A DNA stretch of 64,000 nucleotides from Paraspadella gotoi (GCA_051294375.1 CM119267.1:23318905-23382904), one strand, 5' to 3'. Shown: positions 48,651-64,000, numbered from the stretch's first letter. Translations and numbers: made by a program. The notes: generated by a model not told the origin, from the sequence alone.

Positions 48651-50087
48651 TTACAAAAAACACCAATTAACTCTGATTTGGCATGTGAAGGGATTTAAAT
48701 GAAATTGGTGGAAGTAAGTGGTGTATTGAGCGTGATATTAATTCGATGAATCGTTCCCGATGAAAGAGGTTTAAATGGAAAAAACAAAAAAAATATTCCA
48801 CTATTTGAACACCAATTGCTCATGACGGATGGGCTGATTGACCTGGAGTGTATTGGTATGAAAAGTGTGTGATGAACGACGGAAATCAAGTTTCGATGAA
48901 ATTGATGAAATGATTTAAAATGGAAAAATAACAAAAAACCCTGTTACTCAAATTGATAGCTTCTTTTCCTTTTATATTAAATGTATCTGCAAGGATGTAT
49001 AATTAAATCATATAATTAATCAGTTAATTAATCAATTATATAAATTAATCATAATAATTAATAGCTCAATCCAATCCGTCCATGCCGTCCCAATCTAGCA
49101 AAGCTCCCCAATAACCGATTTGTGTCTGGTGGTATTGGAATAAATTTTGTGTTGGAGAAAGTGTGTGATTAAATGCGGATATAAAATTTCGAAATGAATC
49201 GTGTGAGTGAAATCAGTTAAACTGAAAAAACATAAGTCGAATTCTACTAAATCTTTTAAACTTATTTAACCAATAAATACGTTACCTCTCAATTATATCA
49301 TAAATTGGATGGATAATTCGAGTTGAAATTTTGTGTGGGTAGGAAAACGTATGACGACGCTTGAATAAAATTCAGTGAAAACGTACCAGTGAAATATTTA
49401 AATGAAAAAAATATGAGAAATACATTTACTGAGATACTTTTTATTTATTCTAACCTCATGATAGTATTGAGAAATGAAATTTTGTGAGCGGTAGAAGTGA
49501 TGAAGAAGCTAAATATAAAGTTTTGACGGAAATGCAAGTTGAAAAAATGAAATGCATGGTTGAAAAAATTGATGCAAGTAAAAAATCTTAAAGCATAAGG
49601 AGTCGTCTACTGCATAAAAAAAGAGAAGAGAGAGAGAAAGAAGAGGAGTGAAGATGAGAGAGATAGAGTGAGAGAGAAAGAGAGAGAGGAGAGAGAGAGA
49701 GTAAGAGAGAAGGAGACATAAAATACAAAAAATCTTAAAAACTCATAGATCGAGCGCAGAGCCCACTATCTAAGAAACATTAATGAAAACAACCCGTGGA
49801 AAGAAAACGGAATGAATCATGCGATATATGAATGTTATGTACTAGTAATTGATGTAGTAGATACTAATTGAATTTGATGTAATAGTAACTATGATGTAAT
49901 AAGGAATTGTCATTTAAATGATATCGATGATAACAATTTATTGAGGATGATAGTCATTCACATGCTGTGATATAGTCTTCATATGCCGAATGATGTCAAC
50001 ATTGATTCGAATGATTTCCCATTCGATTGATGCGATGATAGTCAATAAAACTAACAAGATACGTATTAGTGAAAGAAGAGAGATGAG

Positions 50088-50127
<40 letters not shown>

Positions 50128-50640
50128 AGAAAGAAGAGAAAAGGAGAAAGAGACGCAGAAGCAGAATACGAAAGAGAAATAAATCACGAAAATTCTTCGG
50201 AATGAATATGGATTTTGGATTGAAAAAAAGTCGCGAATAAATGGCAATAAATAAAAAGTTTTAAAGAAAAAAAATAATCAGAATTTTCAAAAAAATAAGC
50301 AAACGATCACTGCAAAAAATCGGACAGAACGGACAGACCCATACAGGAAGGACACAGAGAGAAGAGAGACAGAGAAGAGAGAAAAAGAGAGAAGAGAAAC
50401 AGCCCTGCATGAGAACAAGAGAAAGAAGAAAGAGCGATGTATAATAATTAAAGAGAGAGAGAGTAAGAGAGAAGTCTACAGCCCCTTAACTCACGTTAAA
50501 AGAACAGCAATACTAATGGCGCCGCAGCGCGTAGCGTGAGCGTATTTCCTACCCAAAGGACCGGTTCGCCGCCCCTTCGCGGCAATCGTTTTACATTATG
50601 AACCCACATTACTAAAATAAATTTTGTAAACAAAAAAAAA

Positions 50641-50679
<39 letters not shown>

Positions 50680-51575
50680 AAAGAAGCTGGACAGATCCTG
50701 CAAGTTGCCGAAACCGGTTTTAGAAGAAACAGTGACGGAGAAAAAGAGAGAGAGAGAGCGACTATAATATACGTTTTGTTTTGTAAATAAACACATAAAC
50801 AAATAACAATATTGGAAATAATGATATACATGAGAATTTTAAAGATCTTGATGATTTAGAAGCCATATAGAAAAGTTCAACCTCCCTATGAATATCAACA
50901 CTTTTCAACCAGATTTGCATAAAAAATGTCGAGACCGGACGAGCTAAAACCAAAAAAAAAAAATCTAAGACAGCGACGGCTTTGCCCGCCTGGGCTGATA
51001 ATAAGGCATTTGTTTTGTTTGATAAAAGGTACCACAAAATCATGTAATATGTCTCTGAGACTCAATTTTTAACTTGACATCGGATGATTGAGTTCCCTGA
51101 AATAAAAGTTATAATAATCTATATAATTAATATAATCTATAAATTTAATTAATTAATTCTATTAAATTAATAATTAATCTACATATTTAATATAATTTTT
51201 ATGGAGCAATCCGAACAGGTTTCAAGACTGTTTTTTTCCTCTCTCGCGTCGAACCGATCCTGGCCCTTCGGGCTGCGCAAATACCGATACGGAAAACTGG
51301 GATGGCGTTAACATAAAGACCGTGCGTGGAGATGGAAGGGGGAGAAAATACTGGTCGGGAATGAAGAGAAGAGAGAGATGAGAGAGAGAGAGAATGAGCA
51401 GAGAGAGAAAGAGAAGAGAGAAGAGAGAGAGAGAGAGAGAGAGTTTTTGGTCTCAGCGTCCCCGGGAAGGAGCGTCATCGAGCCGCGTTCTTTAAAATTG
51501 GTTGGCGAATGGTAAAAACTCGGAGAGGTAGGTAGATAAAGAGAGAGGGGAGGAAGAGGTTGCATTTAGATAAAA

Positions 51576-51615
<40 letters not shown>

Positions 51616-52409
51616 GCTCCGTGGCGCAGGAAACTCGATTCAAACTCTTGAGCCGAAAAAAAAAAGGAGACGAAGAAGCCAAACAAATTTTTTTTCCTTT
51701 AGTAAGACTTTCCTTACTTTGGGTAAGGCTTTTTACGAAGCTTCCTTCTTCCTTTCAGAAAGGGGATACAAGGGGACCTTAGGTGCGTACATAGTAGCGG
51801 TAGAAAAAACATCGTTAGGTCGTGCGATATCACGTGATCGAATTAACTTTTTAAATTTTAAAATTGTTTTGAAATTTGAAGTTTATGGAAAAGTATATTA
51901 ATACTTGGTCTCAAAAATTGGATTGCGTAAATATCAAATGTTACATTTAAATATATAGTACGAAACTTGCACTATGAATGCAAAAACTATGGTACATTCA
52001 ACTAATGAGCAATACGAGCCTTACCCGTGACCTAGGGCAGGCAATGGTTAAACGTTAATATAGCTAAGTAAATAAATATTAGTTTTTTGAACGAAAAAGT
52101 ATGAAAAACAATGTAATTTAGTACTTGGTACACGATGAAACCAAGTCGTAGAGTGGGCGCGAAAAAAAAGTGTATCTCGCGTTTTATCTCGATCCCATAA
52201 GTTTTCTACGACCTCGTTGTGGAACAAAAGACGAAGAGGAAAATGAAAGAACCGCCAGTTTTCATTCCCGAAGCGGAGAAAAAGAAAAGAGGGGGGAAGC
52301 CAGTGGCCGAGGCGTGGAGTGTCGAGTGGCTTTTTCTCTCAGTTAAGATTGTAATACTGTTTAGCTGTAGTATTTCATACCCCGTTACTCGTCCGAGAAT
52401 CAGAAGCAC

Positions 52410-52550
52410 CTATGTCGCCTGAGGTAGCCAAGCTCCTCCCAACGCAAAGGACTCGGGTTCGCGCCTTGCTGATTCACACAAGTAAAAGCTGGACGGGGCG
52501 TTTAAGCCACCTGTAGTGACGGATTACAGCAAGATCCAAAGTTCGGGACC
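52410..52550 (+). mobile_element. Putative tRNA-derived SINE, copy 2
   Basis: ctcccaacgcaaagg..gggttcgcgcc..ggacggggcgtttaagccacctgta..ttacagcaagatccaaagttcgggac is colinear with the minus-strand copy at 6726-6912. Confidence 0.55.
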
Positions 52551-53098
52551 TTGTGTGCAACGGACGGTCAACTGCTCGCGGCATCGTCTTCCACAACTGT
52601 ATAAATCTTAATCAAAGTTGTTTTTTGTTTGTTTTGTTTGATTTGTTTTGTTGATTTGTTTAAGTAGTAAATATATGTATATCAGATTAGATGTTAAATA
52701 CGCAGGGAAAGAGAAAACTTTAAAAAATATAATAATAATTTATATTATTTTATACTAAGGATCAAGGTGCGAATAATTAGTTGACAATTTGAAAAGTGTT
52801 TAAAACCAAAGAAAGAAAAAGTTAAAAAATAATATTCATAAAAAATATAAATAAAAAATTAAACAAATAAAAAGACGGTAGCGGTAGTACTATTTCATAC
52901 GAGTAACGGGGTATGAAATACAACCGCTACAAGAAAATATTTATTCAAACGAAGCGAATCTTTATCGCTACCGACAAAAATATTGTAGTCTTTCTCTCTC
53001 TCTCTCTCTCTGACTCTGTCTCTCTCTCTCTCGAAGCCGTTACCCGAACCCTCCCTAGAGCCAAGTTTTCTTCGACACGGAGAATGGGAGGAAACTAG

Positions 53099-53210
<112 letters not shown>

Positions 53211-54598
53211 TCAGAAATCGGAATCGTTCGTTTTCGTGAAGGAAAGGGAGACAGAATCTTTTCGTTTTGACGAAGAAAGAGAGAGGGAGAGAGAGAAGAG
53301 GCGCTCTTGACGTCCAAAACACTCGCCAAGGAGAAACGAGTTCTCATTTCCGTTAGTAAATATTCTTAAAACTCAAAAGACATGATAAATATTAATTTTT
53401 GTAAATTTTTTTTAATATATATTTTTTTGTTTATTGTGTTCAACAACGATTAAAGTTAAAATAGGACATGTTTCGGTTCAAATACGAACCTTCATCAGCG
53501 CAAATTTGACATTTACATGTTTTTCATAATATTGATTAATAAATGCTCTAATTTTTTTTTTAAATAAAAACAAAGACAATAAAAAATGAAGAGACGCTAA
53601 TAAAAATAATGATAATAATAATAAAAACAAGACGCTAAAACAATAAGATAAGGATAATAATAACAAAAATAATGATAATATAATAAAAACAAAGACGCTA
53701 ATAAACAAAATAAATAAATATTAATAATAATAAATAAATAAAAAATAATTAAATAAATGCTCTAAATTTTTTAAATGCTCTCAAAGATTTATTCCGATAT
53801 TATTGTGATTATCTTAAGAGGGGCATCTAATAATAAGAAAAAGAAAAATACTCCCCATTGTAAAGCTACTACTATGAAATATCTAAATATTAATTGGGAA
53901 ACTAAATTACAATTAAACAATATTTAAAGTACGTATTGCTAAAATAGTAAAATAAGATTTTTATGGAAACCGTCTCAAAATATATGAGAAATAATTTAAC
54001 CTGCTACAATATGTAAATAAGATTAAAGAACTCAATTTCATTTGAAATTAACTACAAGTTAACCAGAAAAATGATTGTTTAAAAAAAAAGTAATCCTGTC
54101 TTCCCCAATCAACGAATTCATCACCACAACTTTTTTCGACCTCACCTATCAGTCCTCACCCAACCATCTGAGGCCACATCGAACTCACCCCGCATATTTA
54201 TATCTTCCCCTCTCCCTACTCCCTCCGAAACCCCGCGCATCTGGCGATCTTCCCCCGAGGGACTGACCAAGGTTCCACCGCTCGTTTTTCATCTCTCTCT
54301 CNNNNNNNNNNTCTCTCTCTCTCAATGACTCCACTGGTCAGTTTAAAGATAAATCGATCAAAGTTATCTTTATAAAATGCAAAAAATTAAACGGTTGACT
54401 GTTATTTGAAAGGGAATATCGCGATGCTTAATTGTGGTCAGAAATTAGATCTCTGATTGGTTGAACTCTAACTAATCAGAGATTGCATCGATGGGATACC
54501 GATTGATAGAGAGAAGAATTCGAAAAATTGCGTCTCTCTCTCCCTTCCTTCTTCCTTCTAACAAAAACTCAAAACTTATAAATTTCTAACCAAAAAAA

Positions 54599-54686
<88 letters not shown>

Positions 54687-55839
54687 CTCAATTTGAGTCG
54701 ATTTTTGCGCGTCTGCACGTTCGAGAGGAAAGGGAAAAAAAAATTGATAAATAAAAAAAAAAATAATAATTTTTAGTTTCGCATCAACTTTTGGTCTGAA
54801 CATAAACAGGCTCAGGCTTCGATGCTCGACCGATCAGGCGCCAGAATCAGGCGGATAGAGTTGTTCTTTTTTTCCTTTTTTTAAAAAAAATAGGATTCAC
54901 TGTGGGAAAAGGGGATGGGGGAAAAAGTTTACTGTGGGATGAGGAGGGTGTTTACAGTTTGGAGGGAAATTAATTGTAGGAAGTGGGAATGCGTAATTAA
55001 TCGTGGGAGAGGGAGGAGAAAGGGGGGGAGACAAGTAGGTGGGGGTAGTTCGAGACTATTCGGCCTTATTTTACAAAAGCACCCCGTTTCATCTTTAGGT
55101 CTGAAGATTAGGTTAAAAGTTAGTTTTAATGATTAGGTTATTGATTAAGGTTAGGGATTATGTTAGTAAATAGGGTCAGGAATTCCGGTATGAGTTTAGT
55201 AATAGGTTAGGATTTATTATTATAGTTAAAATTAAATTAAGGATTTAAGGAATTAAGTCTAATTAAGGGTTAAAGGAACAGATTTCGGGCGCTTTTGGAA
55301 AAGGGAGCCCAAGTTATTTAACGTGAGAGATTTGGAGGATGTTGGCGAAAGAAAATTCATTTAAGAGAAAAATTTTACGTGGCCGTGAATGGTGACTGAT
55401 GTGGAATAAGATTGCACATTGCACAATCAGGAAGATCAGGAGATCCGTGAAAAAAAATTTACTGTGGTAAATGAGCCTCGCACAATGCAATGCAATGAAA
55501 TGCACATTGCACAATCAGGAGAAGACAATTCACTGTGGGACAGAAGGACGAGAGATCCGTGAAAAAAAAATTTCACTGTGGGAAAATGGGAGGCGAGAAA
55601 ATTCAAACCAAAAAAACAAAAAAAAATTCTCGCGAGATTTCGTCGAACAAAATGAAAATGATATCCTAGTTATTTTTCCATTTTTTCCCCTCTTTTTTTA
55701 TATCAAAAATGAAAAGAATTTGAAAGAATAAAAAAAAAAGAAGTGATAGGAATTAACGAAGCAATTAGGATTCACTTCGACTCGACATTGGAATTAATCA
55801 CGATTACGTCGGCGNNNNNNNNNNNNNNNNNNNNNNNNN

Positions 55840-56634
55840 AAAAAGAAGGACGCATCTATAGTACATCGGGAGGAAGGAGAAGGTTTAGGAGAATGACGTA
55901 TTCTACCTGAACTAATGACTCTTTTCGATTTTGTTTGTTTGTTTTAATCTCGAATGAATATGATAAAAATCGATTTATGAGGCATCAGTTGTTTGTTGTT
56001 GTTGTTGTTTACATAAACAAAGATTATTTTTTTGTTGCAAAGTTTTAATATATAAGCGAGTTTGGTTCATTGGCTTTTTTGACACATTGATACTAATGTA
56101 TTTTAATGAGACAACAAACATGAGGAATATATAGCCAGGGTGAACTTATGCAATGCTTATACAGGGTGAAACTTATGCAGGGTGAACTTATGCAATGCTT
56201 ATGCAGTAGAAACTTATGCAGGGTGAACTTATGCAATGCTTATGCAAGGGTGAACTTATGCAGATGAACTTATGCAGGGTGAACTTATGCAGGGTGAAAC
56301 TTATGCAGGGTAAACTTATGCAGGGTGAACTTATGCAATGCTTATGCAGGGAGAACTTATGCAGGGTGAACTTTATGCAATGCTTATGCAGGGTGAACTT
56401 ATGCAGGGTGAACTTATGCAGGGTAAACTTATGCAGGATGAACATCACTCGATTTTTCTATTATTTTCGTTTGAAATTCGTTCTTTCTTCACACATTTCT
56501 ATTTAACAAAAATATGTATGTTTAATTTTATTTTATCAAACTAGTAAAAAAAACCATTTCGTTGATTTATCTTAAATTAGTGAGTTGGATTCAAAAAACA
56601 GTTTATTTTAGCCACGGAATTAATCTTTTCTCAT

Positions 56635-56718
<84 letters not shown>

Positions 56719-56786
56719 CTAACGGGCGGAAATTCCAGACGAATGAAATAACACCAGAGTAAATATTTAAAACCGTCTTTCCGGAT

Positions 56787-56834
<48 letters not shown>

Positions 56835-57003
56835 CGAGAGAAACTCCCACGGGCGGAGAAACGAGAAAAAATAGGAAAAGGGACAAAAAAGGAGAAAAAA
56901 GAGAAAAAAAAAGGAGAAAAAAGGGAAAAAAGGAAATAAAAAGAAACAAAACAGGAAATCAAGCAAATATTTTTTTTCTAACTCGGTAGATTGGAGGAAA
57001 GAA

Positions 57004-57082
<79 letters not shown>

Positions 57083-57125
57083 CCCAAAATGGAATAGGCC
57101 GAAAAAAGAAAGCAATATTAAAGTT
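55840..57125 (+). repeat. 1.29 kb segment duplicated at 59131-60416 and partly inverted at 60417-61443
   Basis: Identical ORF translations at a constant 3291 bp offset, and both direct copies begin right after N gaps. Confidence 0.9.
56137..56442. repeat. 15 bp minisatellite (gggtgaacttatgca) with atgcttatgca spacers
   Basis: Tandem array, also present at ~59428-59733 and inverted at ~60835-61141. Confidence 0.9.
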
Positions 57126-59105
57126 TTTTTTCTTTTTTTAAACTCGAGATGAAAAAAATTGGTGGGAAAATAAGGAAAATCGCGGAAAGTTAAAATCGGT
57201 TTTCTCGATTTTCAAAATATTTTTCTTTTTTACTAAAGATTTTTTTTCTTTTTCTTTAAAAAAATTAAAAGAAAAAAATTTCTGAAAAAAAGAAAGTTTT
57301 TTTCATCCTAGCTTTTATTTAAAACGAATACAGCTGAGAAACGGTGTTTGGCGGAGAAAAGAAAGAGGAGAAGGGAGGAAAGGAGGAAAGGAGGAAGAAA
57401 AATAGAGGAAAGGAAGGAAAATAGGAAAGAAAAGAAAAAGAAAATGAGGAAGAATCAAGAAAGGCGTTGAAGGATGTAGATAAAGGAAAGGAAGAGATTA
57501 AAATAAGAAAAGGAAAGCGAAATATCGTTGCTAAGTTGTTTGAAAACGATTATTGCGCAACTTTCTCAACTCCTCTGGCGGCCATGGAACGCATTGGAAC
57601 GGGTCCTGGGTTGAGGAACCTTTGCTTCGTGATTTTCCACAGCGGATCGGAATAGATCCCGGTAACTACTGGTCATGAGGTGGTTAGTTTAACACAATTA
57701 GACATGAGCCACAAAATGGTAGAAAGATATTTCATAAGTGAGTGATTTTGAAAAAAGATCCGGTTCTTAATAAGGCCGAGGACGAACGAAGTCGATCGAG
57801 AAGAAAAAATTAACTATCAAGGTCACAAATACTTGATAAACCACATAGGCTACCTCCACTGTCTTTCATGAATAAGTATGAAAGGGCGGGCCTCACCCCA
57901 ATTTAATGCAGAGGACACGGGACCCCCCCATGATAATCCCTTTAAGAAAGGTGAGGGGCGAGCCTCCAATAAAAGATTAACGGGCGAGTCCAACGCCTCG
58001 CCTCGGACTTCTACCAATTACTAATAGAGGAGTAAGGGTACGTCGTCCCACCTCTCTACCAATAAAGCCTATAAGGAGATACAAGCCCACCCCATAACCT
58101 TCCACACCCTTTCTCCCCCCCCACCCCACGCCACCATCCCGCGCCAAGGACGAGGGCTTTATCTCCTTATACTTTATTGGTAGAGAGGTGGGACACGTAC
58201 CCTTACTCCTCTATTAGTAATTGGTAGAAGTCCGAGCGAGGCGTGGGACTCGCCCGTTAATCTTTTATTGGAGGCTCGCCCCTCACCTTTCTTAAAGGGA
58301 TTATCATGGGGGGGCGTCCCGTGTCCTCTGCTTAAAATTGGGGTGAGGCCCGCCCTTCATACTTTTCATGAAAGACAGTGGAGTTAGCCTATGTGGTTTA
58401 TCAGTATTTGTACCTTGATAGTTAATTTCTTTCTTCTCGATCGACTTCGTTCGTCCTCGGCCTTATTAAGAACCGGACCTTTTTTTCAAATCACTCACTT
58501 ATGAATATCTTTCTACCATTTGTGGCTCATGTCTAATTGTGTAAACTAACCACCTCATGACCAGTAGTTACCGGGATCTATTCCGATCCGCTGTGGAAAA
58601 TCACGAAGCAAGGTTTCTCAACCCAGGACCCGTTCCAATGCGTTCCATGGCCGCCAGAGGAGTTGAGAAAGTTGCGCATAATCGTTTTCAACCAACTCAG
58701 CAACGATATTTCGCCTTCCTTTTCTTATTTTAATCTCTTCCTTTCCTTTTATCTTCATCCTTCAACCTCCTTTCTTGATTCTTTCTCATTTTCTTTTTCT
58801 TTTCTTTCCTATTTCCTTCCTTTCCTCTATTTTTCTTCCTCCTTTCCTCCTTTCCTCCCTTCTCCTCTTTCTTTCTCCGCCAAACACCGTTTCTCAGCTG
58901 TATTCGTTTAAATAAAAGCTAGGATGAAAAAAACTTCTTTTTTTCAGAATTTTTTTTCTTTTAATTTTTTTTTAAAGAAAAAGAAAAAAATCTTTAGTAA
59001 AAAAGAAAAATATTTTGAAAATCGAGAAAACCGATTTAACTTTCCGCGATTTTCCTTATTTTCCCACCAATTTTTTTTTCATCTCGAGTTTAAAAAAAGA
59101 AAAAA
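57124..59105. repeat. ~2 kb palindrome (arms ~960 bp, spacer 58089-58153)
   Basis: 58154-59105 is the reverse complement of 57124-58088, differing mainly by single-base indels. Confidence 0.9.
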
Positions 59106-59925
59106 NNNNNNNNNNNNNNNNNNNNNNNNNAAAAAGAAGGACGCATCTATAGTACATCGGGAGGAAGGAGAAGGTTTAGGAGAATGACGTATTCTACCTG
59201 AACTAATGACTCTTTTCGATTTTGTTTGTTTGTTTTAATCTCGAATGAATATGATAAAAATCGATTTATGAGGCATCAGTTGTTTGTTGTTGTTGTTGTT
59301 TACATAAACAAAGATTATTTTTTTGTTGCAAAGTTTTAATATATAAGCGAGTTTGGTTCATTGGCTTTTTTGACACATTGATACTAATGTATTTTAATGA
59401 GACAACAAACATGAGGAATATATAGCCAGGGTGAACTTATGCAATGCTTATACAGGGTGAAACTTATGCAGGGTGAACTTATGCAATGCTTATGCAGTAG
59501 AAACTTATGCAGGGTGAACTTATGCAATGCTTATGCAAGGGTGAACTTATGCAGATGAACTTATGCAGGGTGAACTTATGCAGGGTGAAACTTATGCAGG
59601 GTAAACTTATGCAGGGTGAACTTATGCAATGCTTATGCAGGGAGAACTTATGCAGGGTGAACTTTATGCAATGCTTATGCAGGGTGAACTTATGCAGGGT
59701 GAACTTATGCAGGGTAAACTTATGCAGGATGAACATCACTCGATTTTTCTATTATTTTCGTTTGAAATTCGTTCTTTCTTCACACATTTCTATTTAACAA
59801 AAATATGTATGTTTAATTTTATTTTATCAAACTAGTAAAAAAAACCATTTCGTTGATTTATCTTAAATTAGTGAGTTGGATTCAAAAAACAGTTTATTTT
59901 AGCCACGGAATTAATCTTTTCTCAT

Positions 59926-60009
<84 letters not shown>

Positions 60010-60077
60010 CTAACGGGCGGAAATTCCAGACGAATGAAATAACACCAGAGTAAATATTTAAAACCGTCTTTCCGGAT

Positions 60078-60125
<48 letters not shown>

Positions 60126-60294
60126 CGAGAGAAACTCCCACGGGCGGAGAAACGAGAAAAAATAGGAAAAGGGACAAAAAAGGAGAAAAAAGAGAAAAAA
60201 AAAGGAGAAAAAAGGGAAAAAAGGAAATAAAAAGAAACAAAACAGGAAATCAAGCAAATATTTTTTTTCTAACTCGGTAGATTGGAGGAAAGAA

Positions 60295-60373
<79 letters not shown>

Positions 60374-60415
60374 CCCAAAATGGAATAGGCCGAAAAAAGA
60401 AAGCAATATTAAAGT

Positions 60416-60450
<35 letters not shown>

Positions 60451-60517
60451 ATCCGGAAAGACGGTTTTAAATATTTACTCTGGTGTTATTTCATTCGTCT
60501 GGAATTCCGCCCGTTAG

Positions 60518-60644
<127 letters not shown>

Positions 60645-63600
60645 ATGAGAAAAGATTAATTCCGTGGCTAAAATAAACTGTTTTTGAATCCAACTCACTA
60701 ATTTAAGATAAATCAAACGAAATGGTTTTTTTTACTAGTTTGATAAAATAAATTAAACATACATATTTTTGTTAAATAGAAAATGTGTGAAGAAAGAACG
60801 AATTTCAAACGAAAATAATAGAAAAATCGAGTGATGTTCATCCTGCATAAGTTTACCCTGCATAAGTTTACCCTGCATAAGCATTGCATAAGTTCACCCG
60901 GTATAAGTTCTCCCTGCATAAGCATTGCATAAGTTCACCCTGCATAAGTTTACCCTGCATAAGTTCACCCTTCATAAGTTCACCCTGCATAAGTTCATCC
61001 TGCATAAGTTCACCCTGCATAAGTTCACCCTGCATAAGCATTGCATAAGTTCACCCTGCATAAGTTCTCCCTGCATAAGCATTGCATAAGTTCACCCTGC
61101 ATAAGTTCACCCTGTATAAGCATTGCATAAGTTCACCCTGGCTATATATTCCTCATGTTTGTTGTCTCATTAAAATACATTAGTATCAATGTGTCAAAAA
61201 AAGCCAATGAACCAAACTCGCTTATATATTAAAACTTTGCAACAAAATATAATCTTTGTTTATGTCCTTTTTTCTTCCCTGAATTAATTCTTTATCGACA
61301 ATTTTTTTTCTTTTTCGTCCAAATACGAAGAAAAATAACAACAACAACAACAACAACAACAACTGATGCCTCATTGATCGATTTTTATCATATCATTCGA
61401 GATTAAAACAAACAAACAAAATCGAAAAGAGTCATTAGTTCAGTATCTTCGTTAAACTTTCCCTTCTCATTACTAAATGTCACGAAATCTCGTGATCGTC
61501 AGGAAACTCGTCGCCTTGAGCAACCGTCGCCGCCGCAGACAGCCGCCGCAGACAGCCGCCGCAGACAGCCGCCGCAGACGCCACCACCGTTCCTCTCCCA
61601 AAATTTTATCCCTAATNNNNNNNNNNNNNNNNNNNNNNNNNNNNNNNNNNNNNNNNNNNNNNNNNNNNNNNNNNNNNNNNNNNNNNNNNNNNNNNNNNNN
61701 NNNNNNNNNNNNNNNNNNNNNNNNNNNNNNNNNNNNNNNNNNNNNNNNNNNNNNNNNNNNNNNNNNNNNNNNNNNNNNNNNNNNNNNNNNNNNNNNNNNN
61801 NNNNNNNNNNNNNNNNNNNNNNNNNNNNNNNNNNNNNNNNNNNNNNNNNNNNNNNNNNNNNNNNNNNNNNNNCTCACTCCTCGCCACTCCTATTGGCCAC
61901 ACACCACTCCTCAATCGCCGCTCCTCCCCTTGGACGACTCCACTCGCCACTTCCTGGTTTAATCACCGTTGTTTGTGAATCGCAAACAGTTTTCAACTCG
62001 AAAGGCACAATTGGTCTCCTTCATGTTGAGACTTTGAAAACCGCATTTAAGTCTTATTTTTTTTCACCTGCGAGAATTTGCTTTCATGTGTTATGAAAGG
62101 AAATTCTTTATTCTTATTTTTATCATATTTTTTCTTTCTTTATATTCATCTTCTCTCATCCCTGTTTCCATATACATTATTTTTAACCTTTATCTTTCCC
62201 TTTTTCATTTGGTCTCTCTTTTCTTTTGTTACTTGCGATGAAAGTCCTCGCAAAGCAAAGTCTGTCAAGCTTACGTTTATATATAATATATATATTTATA
62301 TTTATTATTTATATATTTATATATAAATAATCAGAGTAATATTAATTTAATAATATTTGGTAGTTGCTACAACATGAGACCTTTTTTTCAACTATTTTTA
62401 TAAACACGTGATACGATACCATCTTGTGAGAGGAATAATTAAAATGGCGCACCTCTTGGAATTATCATTCTCCTTTTTTTCCCTTTCCTTTAACAGTTCA
62501 GGTGGACGCAATGAAAAAAAAGAAGGAAACTGAACTAAATTGAGTAAATTTGTATTCTCATAACGTTTCTCTCTCTCTTCGCCTCCTTGACAACTTGACA
62601 CTTGACAACGGAGTTGACCCACTGAGAATTCAAACCGCACCTGGGCTCATCTCTTCACATTTTTTTTACCTCACCCACGTTAAACATACCCCATCGTAGC
62701 GCCGCGTGACCGCAACCTTATCCTTACTCAGTCAAGTCTAGTCGCTTAATTCACTTATTCACAGTTTATTTTACTTCACATTCTATCCATCTTTTTATTT
62801 CGAACATCCTTCAAAAATATACTACAAATTCACTACCACCCCCTTAAAAATCCCCACTCAAATCCCCACCTCGCACGTTCCCCTCCCTTTTTCCCGCGTT
62901 CTGAGTCCCGAGGGTCAATCCGCTTCGTTTATCCTTCTTTTGTGACTCAGTTCCTTCGTTAGTTCTCTCTCTCTCTCTCTCTNNNNNNNNNNNNNNNNNN
63001 NNNNNNNNNNNNNNNNNNNNNNNNNNNNNNNNNNNNNNNNNNNNNNNNNNNNNNNNNNNNNNNNNNNNNNNNNNNNNNNNNNNNNNNNNNNNNNNNNNNN
63101 NNNNNNNNNNNNNNNNNNNNNNNNNNNNNNNNNNNNNNNNNNNNNNNNNNNNNNNNNNNCGTCGTCGTCGTCGTCGTCGTCGTCTCGCATCGATAACAAT
63201 CTCTTTGTTTGTCAACAATGAGGCCGACCGCCTTCTCTGGCATTTCCTCCGCTCTTTTCTCTCTCCATCAATTTCTTTTATTTTCGTCCTTTTTTCTCTT
63301 TTTCTTTTATTTTCTTTTTCCTTCTTTTTTCCTCCCCTCCCTTTTAGTTTTATACTCTTTCCTCTATTTTTTTATATTTTCCCTTTTCTTTTTTACCCTT
63401 TTCCTAATTTTGTTTTTTTTCATCCTATTTTTCTTTTCCTCCCATTTTTTTCATTTTTTCTTTATCTCCTTTACTTATCTCTTTTCTCCATTTTTCCATT
63501 TTTTCTTTATCCCTTTTCCTTATCCCTTTTCTCCATTTTTTCTTTATCCATTTTCCTTATCCCTCTTCTCAATTTTTCCATTTTATCTTTATCCCTTTTC

Positions 63601-64000
63601 CTTATCCCTTTTCTCAATTTTTCAATTTTTCTTTATCCCTTTTCCTTATCCCTTTTCTCCATTTTTTCATTTTTTCTTCATCCCTTTTCTCCATTTTTCC
63701 ATTTTTTCTTTATCCCTTTTCCTGAGCTGTCTACGGCGCCGGCGTCAAAGTCTTGCGCCCGTGCAGCTCGGCGCCCGGAAGCCCTTGATCGAAAATCTCT
63801 TCTCACGAGCGAACCGAATTCAAAAAAACTGCAATCGGCGGAGGGTCGCGCGTGGTGGAGGGGGGGGAAGAGGAGGTGGGGGATGAGGAGGAAGAGGAGG
63901 AGGAAGAGAGAGAAAGGAGGAGAAGAGGAGAGAGAGGAGGAGGATCGTAGTGGCAGGAGGAAGAGGAATGAGGAGGCAGAGGAGGAAAAGGAAAGATTGT

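Noticed and set aside
56137-56442. Regularly repeated 15 bp units as a possible CRISPR array
   Set aside because: No unique spacers, no cas genes and a eukaryotic context; it is a minisatellite.

Overview
Eukaryotic (metazoan-type) genomic DNA with spliceosomal introns; no prokaryotic features. The first ~42 kb is a dense array of about 18 protein-coding genes, all on the + strand: UTP20 (3' part), MRPL52, UXT, UFSP2, EEF1E1/AIMP3, C15orf61-like, an RDH-type SDR, TCF20/RAI1-like, TUBGCP5, VTI1, a type I PRMT, a large repeat-containing orphan, LAMTOR4, a BTB-fragment protein, KIAA1143, a BAH-domain protein and two SR/RG-rich paralogues. Most stop-to-start gaps are 30-680 bp and many genes have an unpaired polypyrimidine-AG acceptor upstream of the ATG. 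This suggests a long polycistronic unit resolved by SL trans-splicing, which is an inference and needs RNA data. Intron 2 of TUBGCP5 holds a Penelope-like retroelement fragment whose terminal repeat is split by a hAT-like TIR element. The last ~22 kb is gene-poor, rich in microsatellites, and ends in gap-flanked duplications and a palindrome that are probably assembly artefacts. Gene identities come from recalled family motifs, not database searches. Exon boundaries were inferred by hand from GT/GC-AG sites and frame continuity.
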